A DNA stretch of 64,000 nt from Bacteroidales bacterium (GCA_017535665.1 JAFXTS010000015.1:9462-73461); one strand, 5' to 3'. Counted from the first letter of the stretch, positions 1 to 9,922 are shown. The notes: generated by a model from the sequence alone, not told the origin. Numbers and translations: made by a program.

Positions 1-1
1 T

Positions 2-1765
2 TCGGAATATGAGCTTGCCGCTATTGCGGGATTTGACCAAAATTTGGCAGAAAGACTATCAAAAATAGTGAACATTGAACCGAAAAAGAGGGGGAGAAAT
101 CGGGCGGCGACTTTCTTTAGGCAGTCGGAGCACACCTTGCTGCTACGATACAGGCAAGTACCTGAGCATCAGTCGGGTTACCATAGAGAGGACGGCAGTG
201 GGTATTTAGGGAATCCCATGCGGTTTAGCTGGAAATACACCATGACGAGTGGCGACCACTTTGCGATGGCCCTTGCCGGAGAGAAAGATGCGGGCGAGCA
301 ATGGTTTCGGGGCACGCAAAAGCAAGGGTTTGACCATTATGCTTGGTATATCAATGTGAAGAATATCGGAGTGCTAAAAAATTTAGTGATAGGAAATTAC
401 ACATTGAGTTTTGGACAAGGCATGATCATGGGAGGGCGTTCTATGGGAGTGAAGGGCGGTGGGGCGGGACAAATCAGGAGGTTTCCCGGGTTGATTCGCG
501 CCACTGCGCCCATGAACGAAAGTGCCTGTATGCACGGGGTAGCGGCTACCATCGGCAACTCACAATATACAGGAACCCTCTTCTACAGTCACAACTTTCT
601 GGACGGGAAGATCGGGAGCGATAGTTTGGGAGCGGTAGTATTTGAGGGTTCGCTCACCTCCACGGGTTACCACCGGACCGAGAAGGAGGTGGCGCAGCGC
701 AACACCAACCGCAACCGATGTTTTGGAGGACACCTGCAAATCAAGCGGCGGATTTTCGAGGTGGGGGTGACGGGCTGCCACACGCAGTTTGTGATTCCCG
801 TGGCGCGAGGGGCAGAACTCTACCAAAGGTACCGTTTTTGCGGGAAAGGTGTGAGCAACGCCGGAGCGAACTACAAAATCATACTGCACAAAACTATTCT
901 GTTCGGCGAGGCGGCGGTAAGCATCCACCAGCGACGAACGGGAGTGGGCGTACTGCAGGGTGGAATTTTCGACCTCGACCCTCGCAGTAAACTCGCTGTG
1001 CTGCTGCGATACTACAGCCGCGATTTCACCAGTCTGTACGGGAGCTCGTTCCATACCAACAGCAGCTGCAACAGCGAGGTGGGCGCCTACGTGGCCGCTG
1101 ACTTCGTGCTGGGACGCAAAACCGAACTGTCGCTCAATGCCGATATCTACCATTTCCTCTGGCTGAAGTATCAAGTAGCGCAACCCACTGTGGGATACGA
1201 CTGTTCGGCACGAATTACCGTCAATCTAAACCGCTATCTTACCCTCAATTTTCGCTATCACTATGCCAAAAAGGAGCAGAATCTATCCCCAAATGAGCAC
1301 CATCCTTTCGCTGATGGAAACGATATGCACAAGTTCCGACTAACCCTCAAGGCTACCCCTTCCGGCCTCCTGACGCTCCAAACGGAAGTGGATTACCTCC
1401 TATCGGTTTCTGCGGAAAAGTCTATATCACAAGGCTTTCTGCTCTTTCAAGACCTCGGCTTGAAAATCGAACGATGGAACTTGAGCCTCAACGGACGGAT
1501 AGCCCTTTTCGCCACCGACAGCTATGCGGAACGCCTATATGCCTACGAACACGACCTATACCAAACCTTCACCATCAACAGTTATTATGGCAAAGGAGTA
1601 CGATATTACCTGATGGTCGGCTACCAATATTCATTTATAAAAATCCAAGCCCGCTTTTCGCAAACCTTTTTCGACGACCGGCACACCATCAGTTCCGGTC
1701 TGGCGGAGATAAAAGGCAATGCAAAAAGCGAAATTGCCCTACAAATGATATTCCATATCCGATGA
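2..1765 (+). CDS. helix-hairpin-helix domain protein with a large beta-rich C-terminal region (N-terminus lies outside the window)
   Basis: The frame is open from nt 2 to the stop at 1763-1765; the track starts it at an internal TTG (44). The first visible residues, SEYELAAIAGFDQNLAERLSKIV, resemble a ComEA-type HhH motif. The rest is a long Gly/Tyr/Ser-rich region. Confidence 0.6.
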   Translation, partial: SEYELAAIAGFDQNLAERLSKIVNIEPKKRGRNRAATFFRQSEHTLLLRYRQVPEHQSGYHREDGSGYLGNPMRFSWKYTMTSGDHFAMALAGEKDAGEQWFRGTQKQGFDHYAWYINVKNIGVLKNLVIGNYTLSFGQGMIMGGRSMGVKGGGAGQIRRFPGLIRATAPMNESACMHGVAATIGNSQYTGTLFYSHNFLDGKIGSDSLGAVVFEGSLTSTGYHRTEKEVAQRNTNRNRCFGGHLQIKRRIFEVGVTGCHTQFVIPVARGAELYQRYRFCGKGVSNAGANYKIILHKTILFGEAAVSIHQRRTGVGVLQGGIFDLDPRSKLAVLLRYYSRDFTSLYGSSFHTNSSCNSEVGAYVAADFVLGRKTELSLNADIYHFLWLKYQVAQPTVGYDCSARITVNLNRYLTLNFRYHYAKKEQNLSPNEHHPFADGNDMHKFRLTLKATPSGLLTLQTEVDYLLSVSAEKSISQGFLLFQDLGLKIERWNLSLNGRIALFATDSYAERLYAYEHDLYQTFTINSYYGKGVRYYLMVGYQYSFIKIQARFSQTFFDDRHTISSGLAEIKGNAKSEIALQMIFHIR

Positions 1766-1797
1766 TGCGATAAAATAACTCAAGAAAAAACTCGTTT

Positions 1798-2103
1798 ATG
1801 AAAAGACTTTATCTGCGACACATGGCCGAAATTCCCATTTCTGCGCTTTTGCACGAGTTCATGAAAAAGAATCATCGTGAACGCGAGTACCAGGAGGTGA
1901 CTGCTACAGAGATTTTCCCGCAGCTGCTTCCAGAAAACCTTCGCACTATGATACAGCGTATTAGCGTGAAAAACGGGGTAATGTATGTACATTCCGACTG
2001 CGCCAGTTTGCGATTTGAATTGATGAACCAGCGTTCTGATTTCATCCAGCAAATCAACGAAAAGTTGGGCGAAGCTATCATCAAAGACATCGTTTTTGCC
2101 TGA
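1798..2103 (+). CDS. DUF721 (DciA-like) domain protein
   Basis: 101-aa ORF with an ATG start. Its size and C-terminal pattern (VKNGVMYVHSDCASLRFELMNQRSDFIQQINEKLG) match the DUF721 family as I recall it. Confidence 0.6.
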   Translation: MKRLYLRHMAEIPISALLHEFMKKNHREREYQEVTATEIFPQLLPENLRTMIQRISVKNGVMYVHSDCASLRFELMNQRSDFIQQINEKLGEAIIKDIVFA

Positions 2104-2151
2104 TTGGGAAACTTTCGTTTTTCACTCCTTGCCAATCTTGCCAAATTTTAC

Positions 2152-2159
2152 TATTTTTG
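2152..2159 (+). promoter_or_regulatory. Bacteroidota -7 promoter motif TATTTTTG (rlmD)
   Basis: Matches TAnnTTTG, 28 nt upstream of ATG 2187. Confidence 0.45.
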
Positions 2160-2186
2160 CACGTTGATTTGATAAGATTTTTGGGC

Positions 2187-3599
2187 ATGAAATTCAAGCA
2201 ATATACCATTGAGAATTTAGAGATATTGGATGCAGGGGCTGAGGGGAAAGCCGTGGCCAAACATGAGGGGCTCACCATCTTCGTTTCGGGCGTGGTGCCG
2301 GGGGATGTGATTGACGCCTTGGTCGTGAAAAAGAAAAAAAGTTATGCGGAGGCGCGCTGTGTGAGAATTGTCACCCCGTCGCCGCACCGCATCGAACCCC
2401 GCTGCGAACACTTTGGCACCTGCGGCGGCTGCAAGTGGCAGATGTTGGACTACTCCCAGCAGTTGTTTTACAAGCAGAAGCAAGTCACCGACAATTTCCA
2501 GCACCTCGGCCATTTCAACTATCCCAAACCACAACCCATTCTCGCCTCCGACGACCAATACTGCTACCGCAACAAATTGGAGTTCACCTTCACCCACCAA
2601 CGGTGGCTCTCGAACGAAGATATGGTCGCCCAACAAGAAGGTAAAACCATAGAAGTCAGAGGGTTGGGATTTCATGTGCCTGGAAAATTCGACAAAGTAT
2701 TAGACATCGAATTCTGCCATTTACAAGCAGAGCCGAGCAATAAAATCAGACTTGCCGTTCGCAATTTCGCCATCCAAAACGACATCTCCTTTTACAACCT
2801 GCGCAACCACGAAGGCCTGCTGCGCAACATGGTCATCCGCATGTCATCTACGGGCGAACTGATGGTAATATTGGTTGTGACAGATTATAACCAACAATCC
2901 ATCAGTGTATTAGACTTTTTGGCAGAGACATTCCCGGAAATCACCTCTCTGCAATACGTCATCAACCAGAAGATGAACGACAGCACCTCCGATCTTGAGT
3001 TCCACACCTATCGAGGCAAAGATTCTATGATGGAGAAGATGGGCGATCTGATGTTCAAGGTCGGGCCGGCCTCATTCTACCAGACCAACAGCCGCCAAGC
3101 GTTCAAGCTCTATTCTGTGGCCAAGGAGTTCGCGGCCGTCACCCCCGAAGATACCGTTTATGACCTCTATACCGGCACGGGTACTATCGCCAATTTTGTG
3201 GCTCGTGACGCCAAGAAAGTAATTGGCATTGAGTATGTTGACGCAGCCATCGAGGATGCGAAAGTCAACTCCGCCCTCAACGACATTCACAACACGGAGT
3301 TTTTTGCCGGCGACATGGTGAAGGTGCTGACCCCCGAGTTTGTGGCGGCGCACGGCAAGGCCGACATCATCATCACCGATCCGCCGCGCAGCGGTATGCA
3401 CGCCGACGTGGTGAAGCAACTGCTGGTGATGCAGCCCAAACGCATCGTGTACGTGAGCTGCAACCCCGCCACACAGGCCCGCGACCTCACCCTGCTGGCA
3501 GAAAAGTACCAGGTACGCCGCATCCAGCCTGTGGATATGTTTCCCCACACCCAACATGTGGAGAATGTTGTTTTATTAGAATTAACAGAAAATCAATAA
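2187..3599 (+). CDS. rlmD: 23S rRNA (uracil-C5)-methyltransferase RlmD/RumA
   Basis: TRAM-like N-terminus, Fe-S Cys cluster CEHFGTCGGCKWQ, SAM motif DLYTGTGTI and catalytic VSCNPAT. I moved the start from the track TTG at 2157 to ATG 2187 because a TAnnTTTG motif (2152-2159) lies inside the extension. Confidence 0.9.
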   Translation: MKFKQYTIENLEILDAGAEGKAVAKHEGLTIFVSGVVPGDVIDALVVKKKKSYAEARCVRIVTPSPHRIEPRCEHFGTCGGCKWQMLDYSQQLFYKQKQVTDNFQHLGHFNYPKPQPILASDDQYCYRNKLEFTFTHQRWLSNEDMVAQQEGKTIEVRGLGFHVPGKFDKVLDIEFCHLQAEPSNKIRLAVRNFAIQNDISFYNLRNHEGLLRNMVIRMSSTGELMVILVVTDYNQQSISVLDFLAETFPEITSLQYVINQKMNDSTSDLEFHTYRGKDSMMEKMGDLMFKVGPASFYQTNSRQAFKLYSVAKEFAAVTPEDTVYDLYTGTGTIANFVARDAKKVIGIEYVDAAIEDAKVNSALNDIHNTEFFAGDMVKVLTPEFVAAHGKADIIITDPPRSGMHADVVKQLLVMQPKRIVYVSCNPATQARDLTLLAEKYQVRRIQPVDMFPHTQHVENVVLLELTENQ

Positions 3600-3602
3600 G
3601 AT

Positions 3603-4325
3603 ATGATAAAAGTTGCAATTCTCGGTTATGGGAAAATGGGAAAAGAGATTGAGAAAGTCGTGCTCCGCGAAGGCATGAATATCGTGGCCCGCATCGACAA
3701 CGAAGAGGATTGGGAAACCCAGCGCGAGGCCTTCCTCTCCAGCGATGTCGCCATCGAGTTCTCCACCCCCGGCACCGTGGTCAAGAACCTCACCCGCTGC
3801 TTCGAGGCCAACATCCCCGTGGTGTGCGGCACTACCGGCTGGACCAACGTGGAAAAGGACATCATCAAGCAGTGCCAAGCCACCTCCAACGCACTCATCT
3901 ATGGTTCGAACTTCTCCATCGGTGCCAACATGTTCTTCAAAATCAACGACTTGATGGCGCAACTGATGAACCAGCAGCCGCAGTACGATGTCACCATCGA
4001 GGAGACGCACCATATCCATAAGAAAGATGCGCCCAGCGGTACGGCCATCGCCATCGCCAACATCATCATCAACCAACTCGACCGTAAGAAAGAGTGGGCA
4101 TTGGAGGACGACAGCGATGCCGCTGACATCAACATCATCGCCCACCGATTCGGCGAAGAGGCAGGCACCCATGCCGTGAAGTACAAGTCGGATGACGACT
4201 GCATCATCCTGTGCCATAAGGCGTTCAATCGCGCCATCTTTGCACAGGGGGCAGTACGGGCAGCCCGCTGGCTCGTCAAAAACAGAGGCATCTATCCCTT
4301 CTACGATATTTTCCTCAACATTTAA
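3603..4325 (+). CDS. dapB: 4-hydroxy-tetrahydrodipicolinate reductase
   Basis: N-terminal Rossmann motif VAILGYGKMGK and the DapB signature EETHHIHKKDAPSGTA. Length 240 aa. Confidence 0.92.
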   Translation: MIKVAILGYGKMGKEIEKVVLREGMNIVARIDNEEDWETQREAFLSSDVAIEFSTPGTVVKNLTRCFEANIPVVCGTTGWTNVEKDIIKQCQATSNALIYGSNFSIGANMFFKINDLMAQLMNQQPQYDVTIEETHHIHKKDAPSGTAIAIANIIINQLDRKKEWALEDDSDAADINIIAHRFGEEAGTHAVKYKSDDDCIILCHKAFNRAIFAQGAVRAARWLVKNRGIYPFYDIFLNI

Positions 4326-4346
4326 TCAGATTTCTTCTACCACAAT

Positions 4347-4955
4347 ATGAAAATGTTGAAGTTCAAATATTTAATCATCCTCTTTTGCATCGGCTTGTGC
4401 TCTATGCCCTCATTGCAGGCACAACGGTTGGAGCTGCGGTTCAACAAAGAGTTTTCGAACGACAAGATGATCAACAAGACGCTTGGCGCAGGAGGCTCAT
4501 TCATCATCGACGGGTGGGCGGACCACTTGGATTTTCAGATCAACTTCGACTATGCAGGACACAAGGAAGATGCTGATTACACAGGTGTTAGCACAAAAAT
4601 CGCCAAATACAAAGGCGGAGTTTCAGCCCTCTACACCCGTCCCATCGGGCGACTTGTGCACTTGCGAATAGGTGGAGATCTCTCATACAACTATATCAAT
4701 AAAGTCAATACTCTGTGGGATAATGGCAACCACTACAACACGGCCCATCGCGCCCATGCGTTGGGTATCGGAGCTATTGCACAGCTACAAATTCAGTTGG
4801 GACAGATGTTCCGCATCGGGGCTGGCCTCATTCCAACCTACCTCATTCCACTCGCCACCGATGTCAGCCAGCCCAATGTGGAGTGCGACTTCAAGAAAGG
4901 AATATTTGTGCTGCAACTGCAAATCGGACTGGAAATCCGTTTAGTCAAAGAATAA
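4347..4955 (+). CDS. secreted hypothetical protein, probable small outer-membrane beta-barrel
   Basis: Signal peptide MKMLKFKYLIILFCIGLCSMPSLQAQ. The body has alternating hydrophobic beta-strand-like segments. No family recognised. Confidence 0.55.
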   Translation: MKMLKFKYLIILFCIGLCSMPSLQAQRLELRFNKEFSNDKMINKTLGAGGSFIIDGWADHLDFQINFDYAGHKEDADYTGVSTKIAKYKGGVSALYTRPIGRLVHLRIGGDLSYNYINKVNTLWDNGNHYNTAHRAHALGIGAIAQLQIQLGQMFRIGAGLIPTYLIPLATDVSQPNVECDFKKGIFVLQLQIGLEIRLVKE

Positions 4956-4975
4956 AAACTTAAACTACTGATAAT

Positions 4976-6358
4976 ATGTCACTTATTAAATCCATCTCTG
5001 GTATTCGCGGAACAATCGGCGGAAAGGTGGGCGACAATCTCACCCCGATTGACGTAGTTCAATTTGTGTCGGCCTTCGCTACATTTTTAGGAAAAGACGA
5101 GCGCCCGCTCACCCTCGTGACGGGTCGCGATGCACGCATCTCTGGAGAAATCATCAACAAACTCATTTGCAGTACGTTACAATCGCTTGGCGTACATGTG
5201 ATTGATTTAGGACTTTCCACCACTCCGACAGTGGAAATGGCTGTGGTACAGCATCATGCCGATGGTGGTATTATTCTGACGGCCAGTCACAACCCGATGC
5301 AGTGGAATGCCCTGAAACTGTTGAACGCCCGAGGTGAGTTTATTTCCGCCGCTGATGGCGCAAAAGTTTTGGAAATTATTGAGAAACAAGATTATACATT
5401 CTCCGATGTGCATCATTTGGGAAAATACACCTCCTATGATCAGGCCATCAACGATCACATTGACCATATTATGAAGCTGGAATTAGTGGATGCGGAAGCC
5501 ATCCGAAAAGCGAATTTTTCGGTGGCATTAGACTGCGTAAACTCCACTGGTGGAATTGCTTTACCCTTGTTGCTCAAAAAGTTAGGCGTTGAAAAGGTGC
5601 AGGTTTTGAACGGGGATGTTTCCGGCATTTTTGCCCACAACCCCGAACCGCTACCACAACATTTGGTAGATATTGCTCAAATGATGCAGCAAGGCGGTTT
5701 CGATGTCGGTTTTGTGGTGGATCCCGATGTGGACCGGCTGGCCATTTTGAACGAAGACGGCTCAATGTTCGGAGAAGAATATACCCTGGTGGCGGTGTCC
5801 GACTATATTCTTCAGCACAAAAAAGGAAATACTGTCTCCAACCTCTCCTCCACTCGTGCATTGAGAGATGTAAGTAACAGATATGGTGTGAGTTATAATG
5901 CTTCCGCAGTGGGTGAAGTGAATGTGGTGGAAAAGATGAAAGCGACGAACGCCATCATTGGTGGCGAAGGAAACGGAGGCGTTATCTATCCCGAATTGCA
6001 TTATGGCAGAGACGCTTTGGTGGGCATCGCCCTCTTCCTTACCTTCATGGCCAAATCTGGGAAAAAGTGCAGCGAAATTCGCAGTCAGTATCCGGCCTAC
6101 ACCATCTCCAAAAACAAGATTGAGTTGCAGCCCAACATGAACGTGCCGGAGATTATGCAAAAGATGGCGGCCAAATATTCTGATTATGAAGTCAATACAA
6201 TAGATGGGGTAAAGATTGACTTCCCTGATGGCTGGGTACACCTTCGTCCATCGAATACGGAGCCCATCATCCGCATCTATGCAGAAGCGCAATCGGAAGA
6301 ACACGCAGCATCATTGGCGAATCAGATTATAACGGATATCAAGGCTATTATCGGTTAA
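4976..6358 (+). CDS. glmM: phosphoglucosamine mutase (alpha-D-phosphohexomutase family)
   Basis: N-terminal SGIRGTIGG, phosphoserine loop TASHNPMQWNALK and Mg loop FVVDPDVDR. 460 aa, typical of the Bacteroidota GlmM type. Confidence 0.85.
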   Translation: MSLIKSISGIRGTIGGKVGDNLTPIDVVQFVSAFATFLGKDERPLTLVTGRDARISGEIINKLICSTLQSLGVHVIDLGLSTTPTVEMAVVQHHADGGIILTASHNPMQWNALKLLNARGEFISAADGAKVLEIIEKQDYTFSDVHHLGKYTSYDQAINDHIDHIMKLELVDAEAIRKANFSVALDCVNSTGGIALPLLLKKLGVEKVQVLNGDVSGIFAHNPEPLPQHLVDIAQMMQQGGFDVGFVVDPDVDRLAILNEDGSMFGEEYTLVAVSDYILQHKKGNTVSNLSSTRALRDVSNRYGVSYNASAVGEVNVVEKMKATNAIIGGEGNGGVIYPELHYGRDALVGIALFLTFMAKSGKKCSEIRSQYPAYTISKNKIELQPNMNVPEIMQKMAAKYSDYEVNTIDGVKIDFPDGWVHLRPSNTEPIIRIYAEAQSEEHAASLANQIITDIKAIIG

Positions 6359-6521
6359 AGCGGGTAGTGTTTTAACCTAAATATATTCCTAATTTTACAT
6401 TTTAACTCTGCTAAATTTTAGCATTGTTAATAATTATGCATTTACAATGGTGTCATTGATTGGTGTTTATGTTAATAAAAATTTAATTATTAACATTTGA
6501 GATTTTATTTCATTTTCTACC

Positions 6522-6529
6522 TATTTTTG
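6522..6529 (+). promoter_or_regulatory. -7 promoter motif TATTTTTG (candidate sRNA)
   Basis: Matches TAnnTTTG. It lies in the middle of the glmM/dpp4 spacer, about 240 nt from the next annotated start. Confidence 0.4.
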
Positions 6530-6536
6530 CATCACA

Positions 6537-6736
6537 ACATCAGAAAATGAAAATGACCTCATTATACGCTATACGTGTCGGTGCCACCTATTGGAAAACA
6601 ACCTGCGCTCCACTCTCTACCCGTTGGCGACGCCACCCGAACCGCCTTGGTCTATCACCCTCGGCACCGGCACTATTTCAGAAAGAACGACCATAAATCC
6701 GTAAAAGATTTTTCTTTGAAAATCAAGATTTTTACG
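6537..6736 (+). ncRNA. candidate small RNA, or transcript carrying a 49-aa ORF (6547-6696); function unknown
   Basis: A TAnnTTTG motif sits at 6522-6529. It is followed by a GC-rich island in an otherwise A/T-rich spacer. An 11-bp long-range stem pairs GTGTCGGTGCC (6575-6585) with GGCACCGGCAC (6663-6673). An AU-rich nested hairpin spans 6700-6736. The downstream gene has its own promoter motif at 6737-6744. Confidence 0.3.
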
Positions 6737-6744
6737 TAAATTTG
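6737..6744 (+). promoter_or_regulatory. -7 promoter motif TAAATTTG (DPP-IV gene)
   Basis: Matches TAnnTTTG, 24 nt upstream of ATG 6768. Confidence 0.45.
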
Positions 6745-6767
6745 CCGCTTGATAAAATCAACTATCT

Positions 6768-8999
6768 ATGAAAAAATTTTTCTTATTCGCACTGCTGATT
6801 TTAGTGGTAAATGGCATTTTCGCACAATCAGAAACCATTGATTTACAAGGCATTTTCAAAGGAAAATATCGGTACGACAGGGTTCGCTCCCTCACATGGC
6901 GGCCACAAACTACCGAGTACACTTTTTACAATGATGAGAAAGATGCCATCATGTCGGTGGATGTCAAAAAAGAATCTTCACCCAAAAACGAAAAGGTTCT
7001 GTTTGAGTTTTCCAAACTCTATGGCTATGCTCTAGGTAAAAACAGTGCTACCAAAGAAGACTTCAACGCCGCTGGCGGTAAGGTTTCCACCGCGTGGGAA
7101 TGGATCGACAAGAACAGCTTCCGCATCTACGCCATGCTGCCTGGCAAAGACCCCTGCTATGTAACGTACCAAATTTCATCGCAGTCGTTCTCCACTGCTG
7201 CCGACCCAACCGACGGTATCGACATTGTGGACCAGGATGCCAACAATTCCCTTTACATCTATCATGACGAAGACGCTGACGGCTTCTATGTCAACGACCT
7301 GAAGAATCCCGTGAAAGCGAAAATCATTCTCTGCCCCGACACCGCCAAGGATGTGGTCTTCGGCGAGCCCGTTCACCGCAGCGAATGGGGCATCAACGAA
7401 GGCTGGTATTTCTCGCCCAACAGCAACTTCATCGCCTTCTACCGCATGGACCAGTCAATGGTGGAAGACTACCCGCTGCTGCAGACCAGCGAGGATGACG
7501 GCGCCGCCCATATCGCCTACTTCAAGAACATCAAATACCCCATGGCCGGCCGTACCAGCCATCAGGTGAAAGTCGGCATATTCGACGCCCGCCAGTCGTT
7601 CCAGAAAAAGACCTGTGTCTATCACTACATTCAGACCGACCCTGCCGACGGCGAGTTTCTGACCAACGTCACCTTCTCACCCGATGAAAAATATCTGTAT
7701 ATCACCCACTTGAACAGAGAGCAGAACCATTCCAAACTCATCCGCTACGAGGTGGCCACCGGCAAGAAACTGGCCGTGCTGATTGAAGAGAGCGACAGTC
7801 GCTACGTAGAACCCCTCCACCGCATCATCTGCCTCAACAACGGCAACTTCATCTACCAGAGCGACCGCGACGGCTGGAACCACTTCTACCTCTACACCTT
7901 CGACGGCAAACTGGTGAAACAGATCACCAAGGGCAACTGGCCCGTGATAGAGACCCTCGGCATGGACGATGCCCAGCAGAACATCTACTTCATGACCAAC
8001 AAGGACAACCCTGTTGACCAATACCTTTACTCTGTCAACATCGCCAGCGGCAAACTCACCAACCTCACCCCGCTGTCGGGCACCCACACCATCGTCCTGT
8101 CGGAAGACAAAAAGAACTTCTTCGACTATTTCTCCAACCTGCACACCCCGCTGGCCGTTTACGCCGGCAGCACGGATGGCAAATACCTCCGACTGGTGAA
8201 AGAGTCGCGCAACCCCTACCGCGACTGCGAACTGGGCTACGATACCATCTTCTCACTGAAAAATGCCCACGGCGATGACCTCTACTGCAACATGATTTTC
8301 CCGCCCAAATTCAACAAAAACGAACAATATCCCTGCTTGGTGTATGTGTATGGAGGTCCTCATTCTCAGTTGGTTACCAACAACTTCATGACCGCTGGCC
8401 CTTTCCTGCACTACATGGCGCAGAAAGGCTACATCATCTTTGTGCTCGACAACCGCGGCACCAGCAACCGCGGAGCCGAGTTTGAAAAGTGCATCCACCG
8501 CCAGCTTGGCGTGCTGGAGAGCGAAGACCAGATGGTGGGCATCAACTACCTGCGCTCGCTGCCCTACGTCAACAAAAACCGCATGGGCATCGACGGCTGG
8601 AGCTTCGGCGGCTTCATGACACTGACCATGGTGACCGAGCATCCCGACATCTTCGCCTCCGCTACCTGCGGCGGCCCCGTGGTCAACTGGGAGTGGTACG
8701 AAATCATGTACGGCGAACGCTACATGGACACCCCGCAGGAGAACCCAGAAGGGTACGAACATGCCAACATCATCAACAAAATCCACAAACTGAAATGCCC
8801 CCTGCTGATCATGCACGGTCAGCAAGACAACACTGTGGTTCAGCAACATAGCCTCGAACTGCTGCACCAGTCGGTACTCGATGATGTACAAATCAACTAC
8901 TTCCCCTACACCACCCACGAACACAATGTGAGAGGTCTCGACCGCGTGCAGATGTGGCACAAAATCGAACAGTTCCACGACAATATTCTGATGAAATAA
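6768..8999 (+). CDS. dipeptidyl-peptidase IV-type serine peptidase (S9B family)
   Basis: Signal peptide, long DPPIV-type beta-propeller N-region, and a C-terminal alpha/beta hydrolase with the nucleophile elbow GWSFGGFM and HGQQDNTV. 743 aa. Confidence 0.88.
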   Translation: MKKFFLFALLILVVNGIFAQSETIDLQGIFKGKYRYDRVRSLTWRPQTTEYTFYNDEKDAIMSVDVKKESSPKNEKVLFEFSKLYGYALGKNSATKEDFNAAGGKVSTAWEWIDKNSFRIYAMLPGKDPCYVTYQISSQSFSTAADPTDGIDIVDQDANNSLYIYHDEDADGFYVNDLKNPVKAKIILCPDTAKDVVFGEPVHRSEWGINEGWYFSPNSNFIAFYRMDQSMVEDYPLLQTSEDDGAAHIAYFKNIKYPMAGRTSHQVKVGIFDARQSFQKKTCVYHYIQTDPADGEFLTNVTFSPDEKYLYITHLNREQNHSKLIRYEVATGKKLAVLIEESDSRYVEPLHRIICLNNGNFIYQSDRDGWNHFYLYTFDGKLVKQITKGNWPVIETLGMDDAQQNIYFMTNKDNPVDQYLYSVNIASGKLTNLTPLSGTHTIVLSEDKKNFFDYFSNLHTPLAVYAGSTDGKYLRLVKESRNPYRDCELGYDTIFSLKNAHGDDLYCNMIFPPKFNKNEQYPCLVYVYGGPHSQLVTNNFMTAGPFLHYMAQKGYIIFVLDNRGTSNRGAEFEKCIHRQLGVLESEDQMVGINYLRSLPYVNKNRMGIDGWSFGGFMTLTMVTEHPDIFASATCGGPVVNWEWYEIMYGERYMDTPQENPEGYEHANIINKIHKLKCPLLIMHGQQDNTVVQQHSLELLHQSVLDDVQINYFPYTTHEHNVRGLDRVQMWHKIEQFHDNILMK

Positions 9000-9017
9000 C
9001 CCCCTAATCCGTTTCCC

Positions 9018-9902
9018 ATGAACCAAACCTCCTTCAACCGCACCCTCTGGCTGCTGAATACCATTTACCAGGCCGGTCCCGACGGACTGAGCTTCGAAGA
9101 TATTGGTCAGCAATGGCTGAAAAGCGACCTGTCGAAAGGCCAGAGCTACCCGCTGCGGTCGTTTCACAACCATAGGAAAGAAATCAGCGACACCTTCCAC
9201 ATCTCCATCCGCTGCCGGAAAAACAACAACCATTACTATATCAAACCCAACGGCAATGCCGACCAGCTGATGGTCAAGATTTTAGGAGAGTTGAGCCTGC
9301 ATCATGCGGTGCAGACCACCCCACAGTCGCTCTTCTCCTTCTCCTCCACTACTGGCGGCGAAGGACACCTGTCTGCCGTCACCTCCGCCATCCGAAACCA
9401 AAAGAAACTGAAGGTCGTTCTGGAGAACGGAAACGAAAAGAAGGTTTACGAAGAATTTAAACCGTTGGGAATCAAGGAGTATAGAAGTTGCTGGTACCTG
9501 CTGGGACAGACGGAAGACGCCGACTACGAATACCTCAACCTCGCCTTCACACAAGAGATTACCCCCTTAGAGGAAAGCCAGTTCGATGCGAAAGATGAGC
9601 CCATTCAGGAACTTTTAGTGGAGAATTACGGCGGCACGCTGGAGAACATCCCGACGGAGGAAATCACCTTCAAGACCTCGGCCGACACCGCCCGCCAACT
9701 CAGCCGTTTTCCCCTCCACCCCTCACAGCGCGTGCTGGAAGAGAAGCCCACGCACACCATCTTCTACCTCAACCTCAAGCCTACCACCGACTTCATCCGC
9801 GACCTGATGACCTTCGGCAACACCATCGAAATCATCACACCCGAGGTGATCAAAGAAAAGCTGATCAACGAAGCACGAAAAATCATCAAGAAAAACCAAT
9901 AA
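9018..9902 (+). CDS. HTH-WYL domain transcriptional regulator
   Basis: N-terminal winged-helix-like region (FNRTLWLLNTIYQAGPDGLSFEDIGQQW ... RSFHNHRKEISDTFHISI), central WYL motif (YRSCWYLLGQ) and a C-terminal extension. 294 aa. Confidence 0.75.
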   Translation: MNQTSFNRTLWLLNTIYQAGPDGLSFEDIGQQWLKSDLSKGQSYPLRSFHNHRKEISDTFHISIRCRKNNNHYYIKPNGNADQLMVKILGELSLHHAVQTTPQSLFSFSSTTGGEGHLSAVTSAIRNQKKLKVVLENGNEKKVYEEFKPLGIKEYRSCWYLLGQTEDADYEYLNLAFTQEITPLEESQFDAKDEPIQELLVENYGGTLENIPTEEITFKTSADTARQLSRFPLHPSQRVLEEKPTHTIFYLNLKPTTDFIRDLMTFGNTIEIITPEVIKEKLINEARKIIKKNQ

Positions 9903-9922
9903 CCGATAAAAATAATAGTACT

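Noticed and set aside
6410-6493. A/T-only palindromes in the glmM 3' spacer: GCTAAA-T-TTTAGC at about 6410-6422 and GTTAATAA-N8-TTATTAAC at about 6470-6493.
   Set aside because: These are short, pure A/T stems of a kind expected by chance in such A/T-rich sequence. No adjacent U-run or coding context gives them a clear role.
6547-6696. The 49-aa ORF interpreted as an attenuation leader peptide (it contains two Trp codons).
   Set aside because: The downstream gene is a peptidase with its own promoter, not an amino-acid biosynthesis operon, and there are no tandem regulatory codons. The region is kept only as an sRNA/micro-ORF candidate.
8253-9233. 326-aa minus-strand ORF opposite the DPP-IV and WYL genes. 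Similar long antisense ORFs occur at 10247-11224, 29743-30504, 3582-4217, 19990-20871, 22747-23484, 59523-60449 and 62839-63927.
   Set aside because: Each lies exactly antisense to a well-supported gene with strong GC3 bias. Their translations are low-complexity (Gly/Val/His/Ala/Asp-rich) with no recognisable motifs. These are the typical stop-codon-poor shadow frames of GC3-rich genes.
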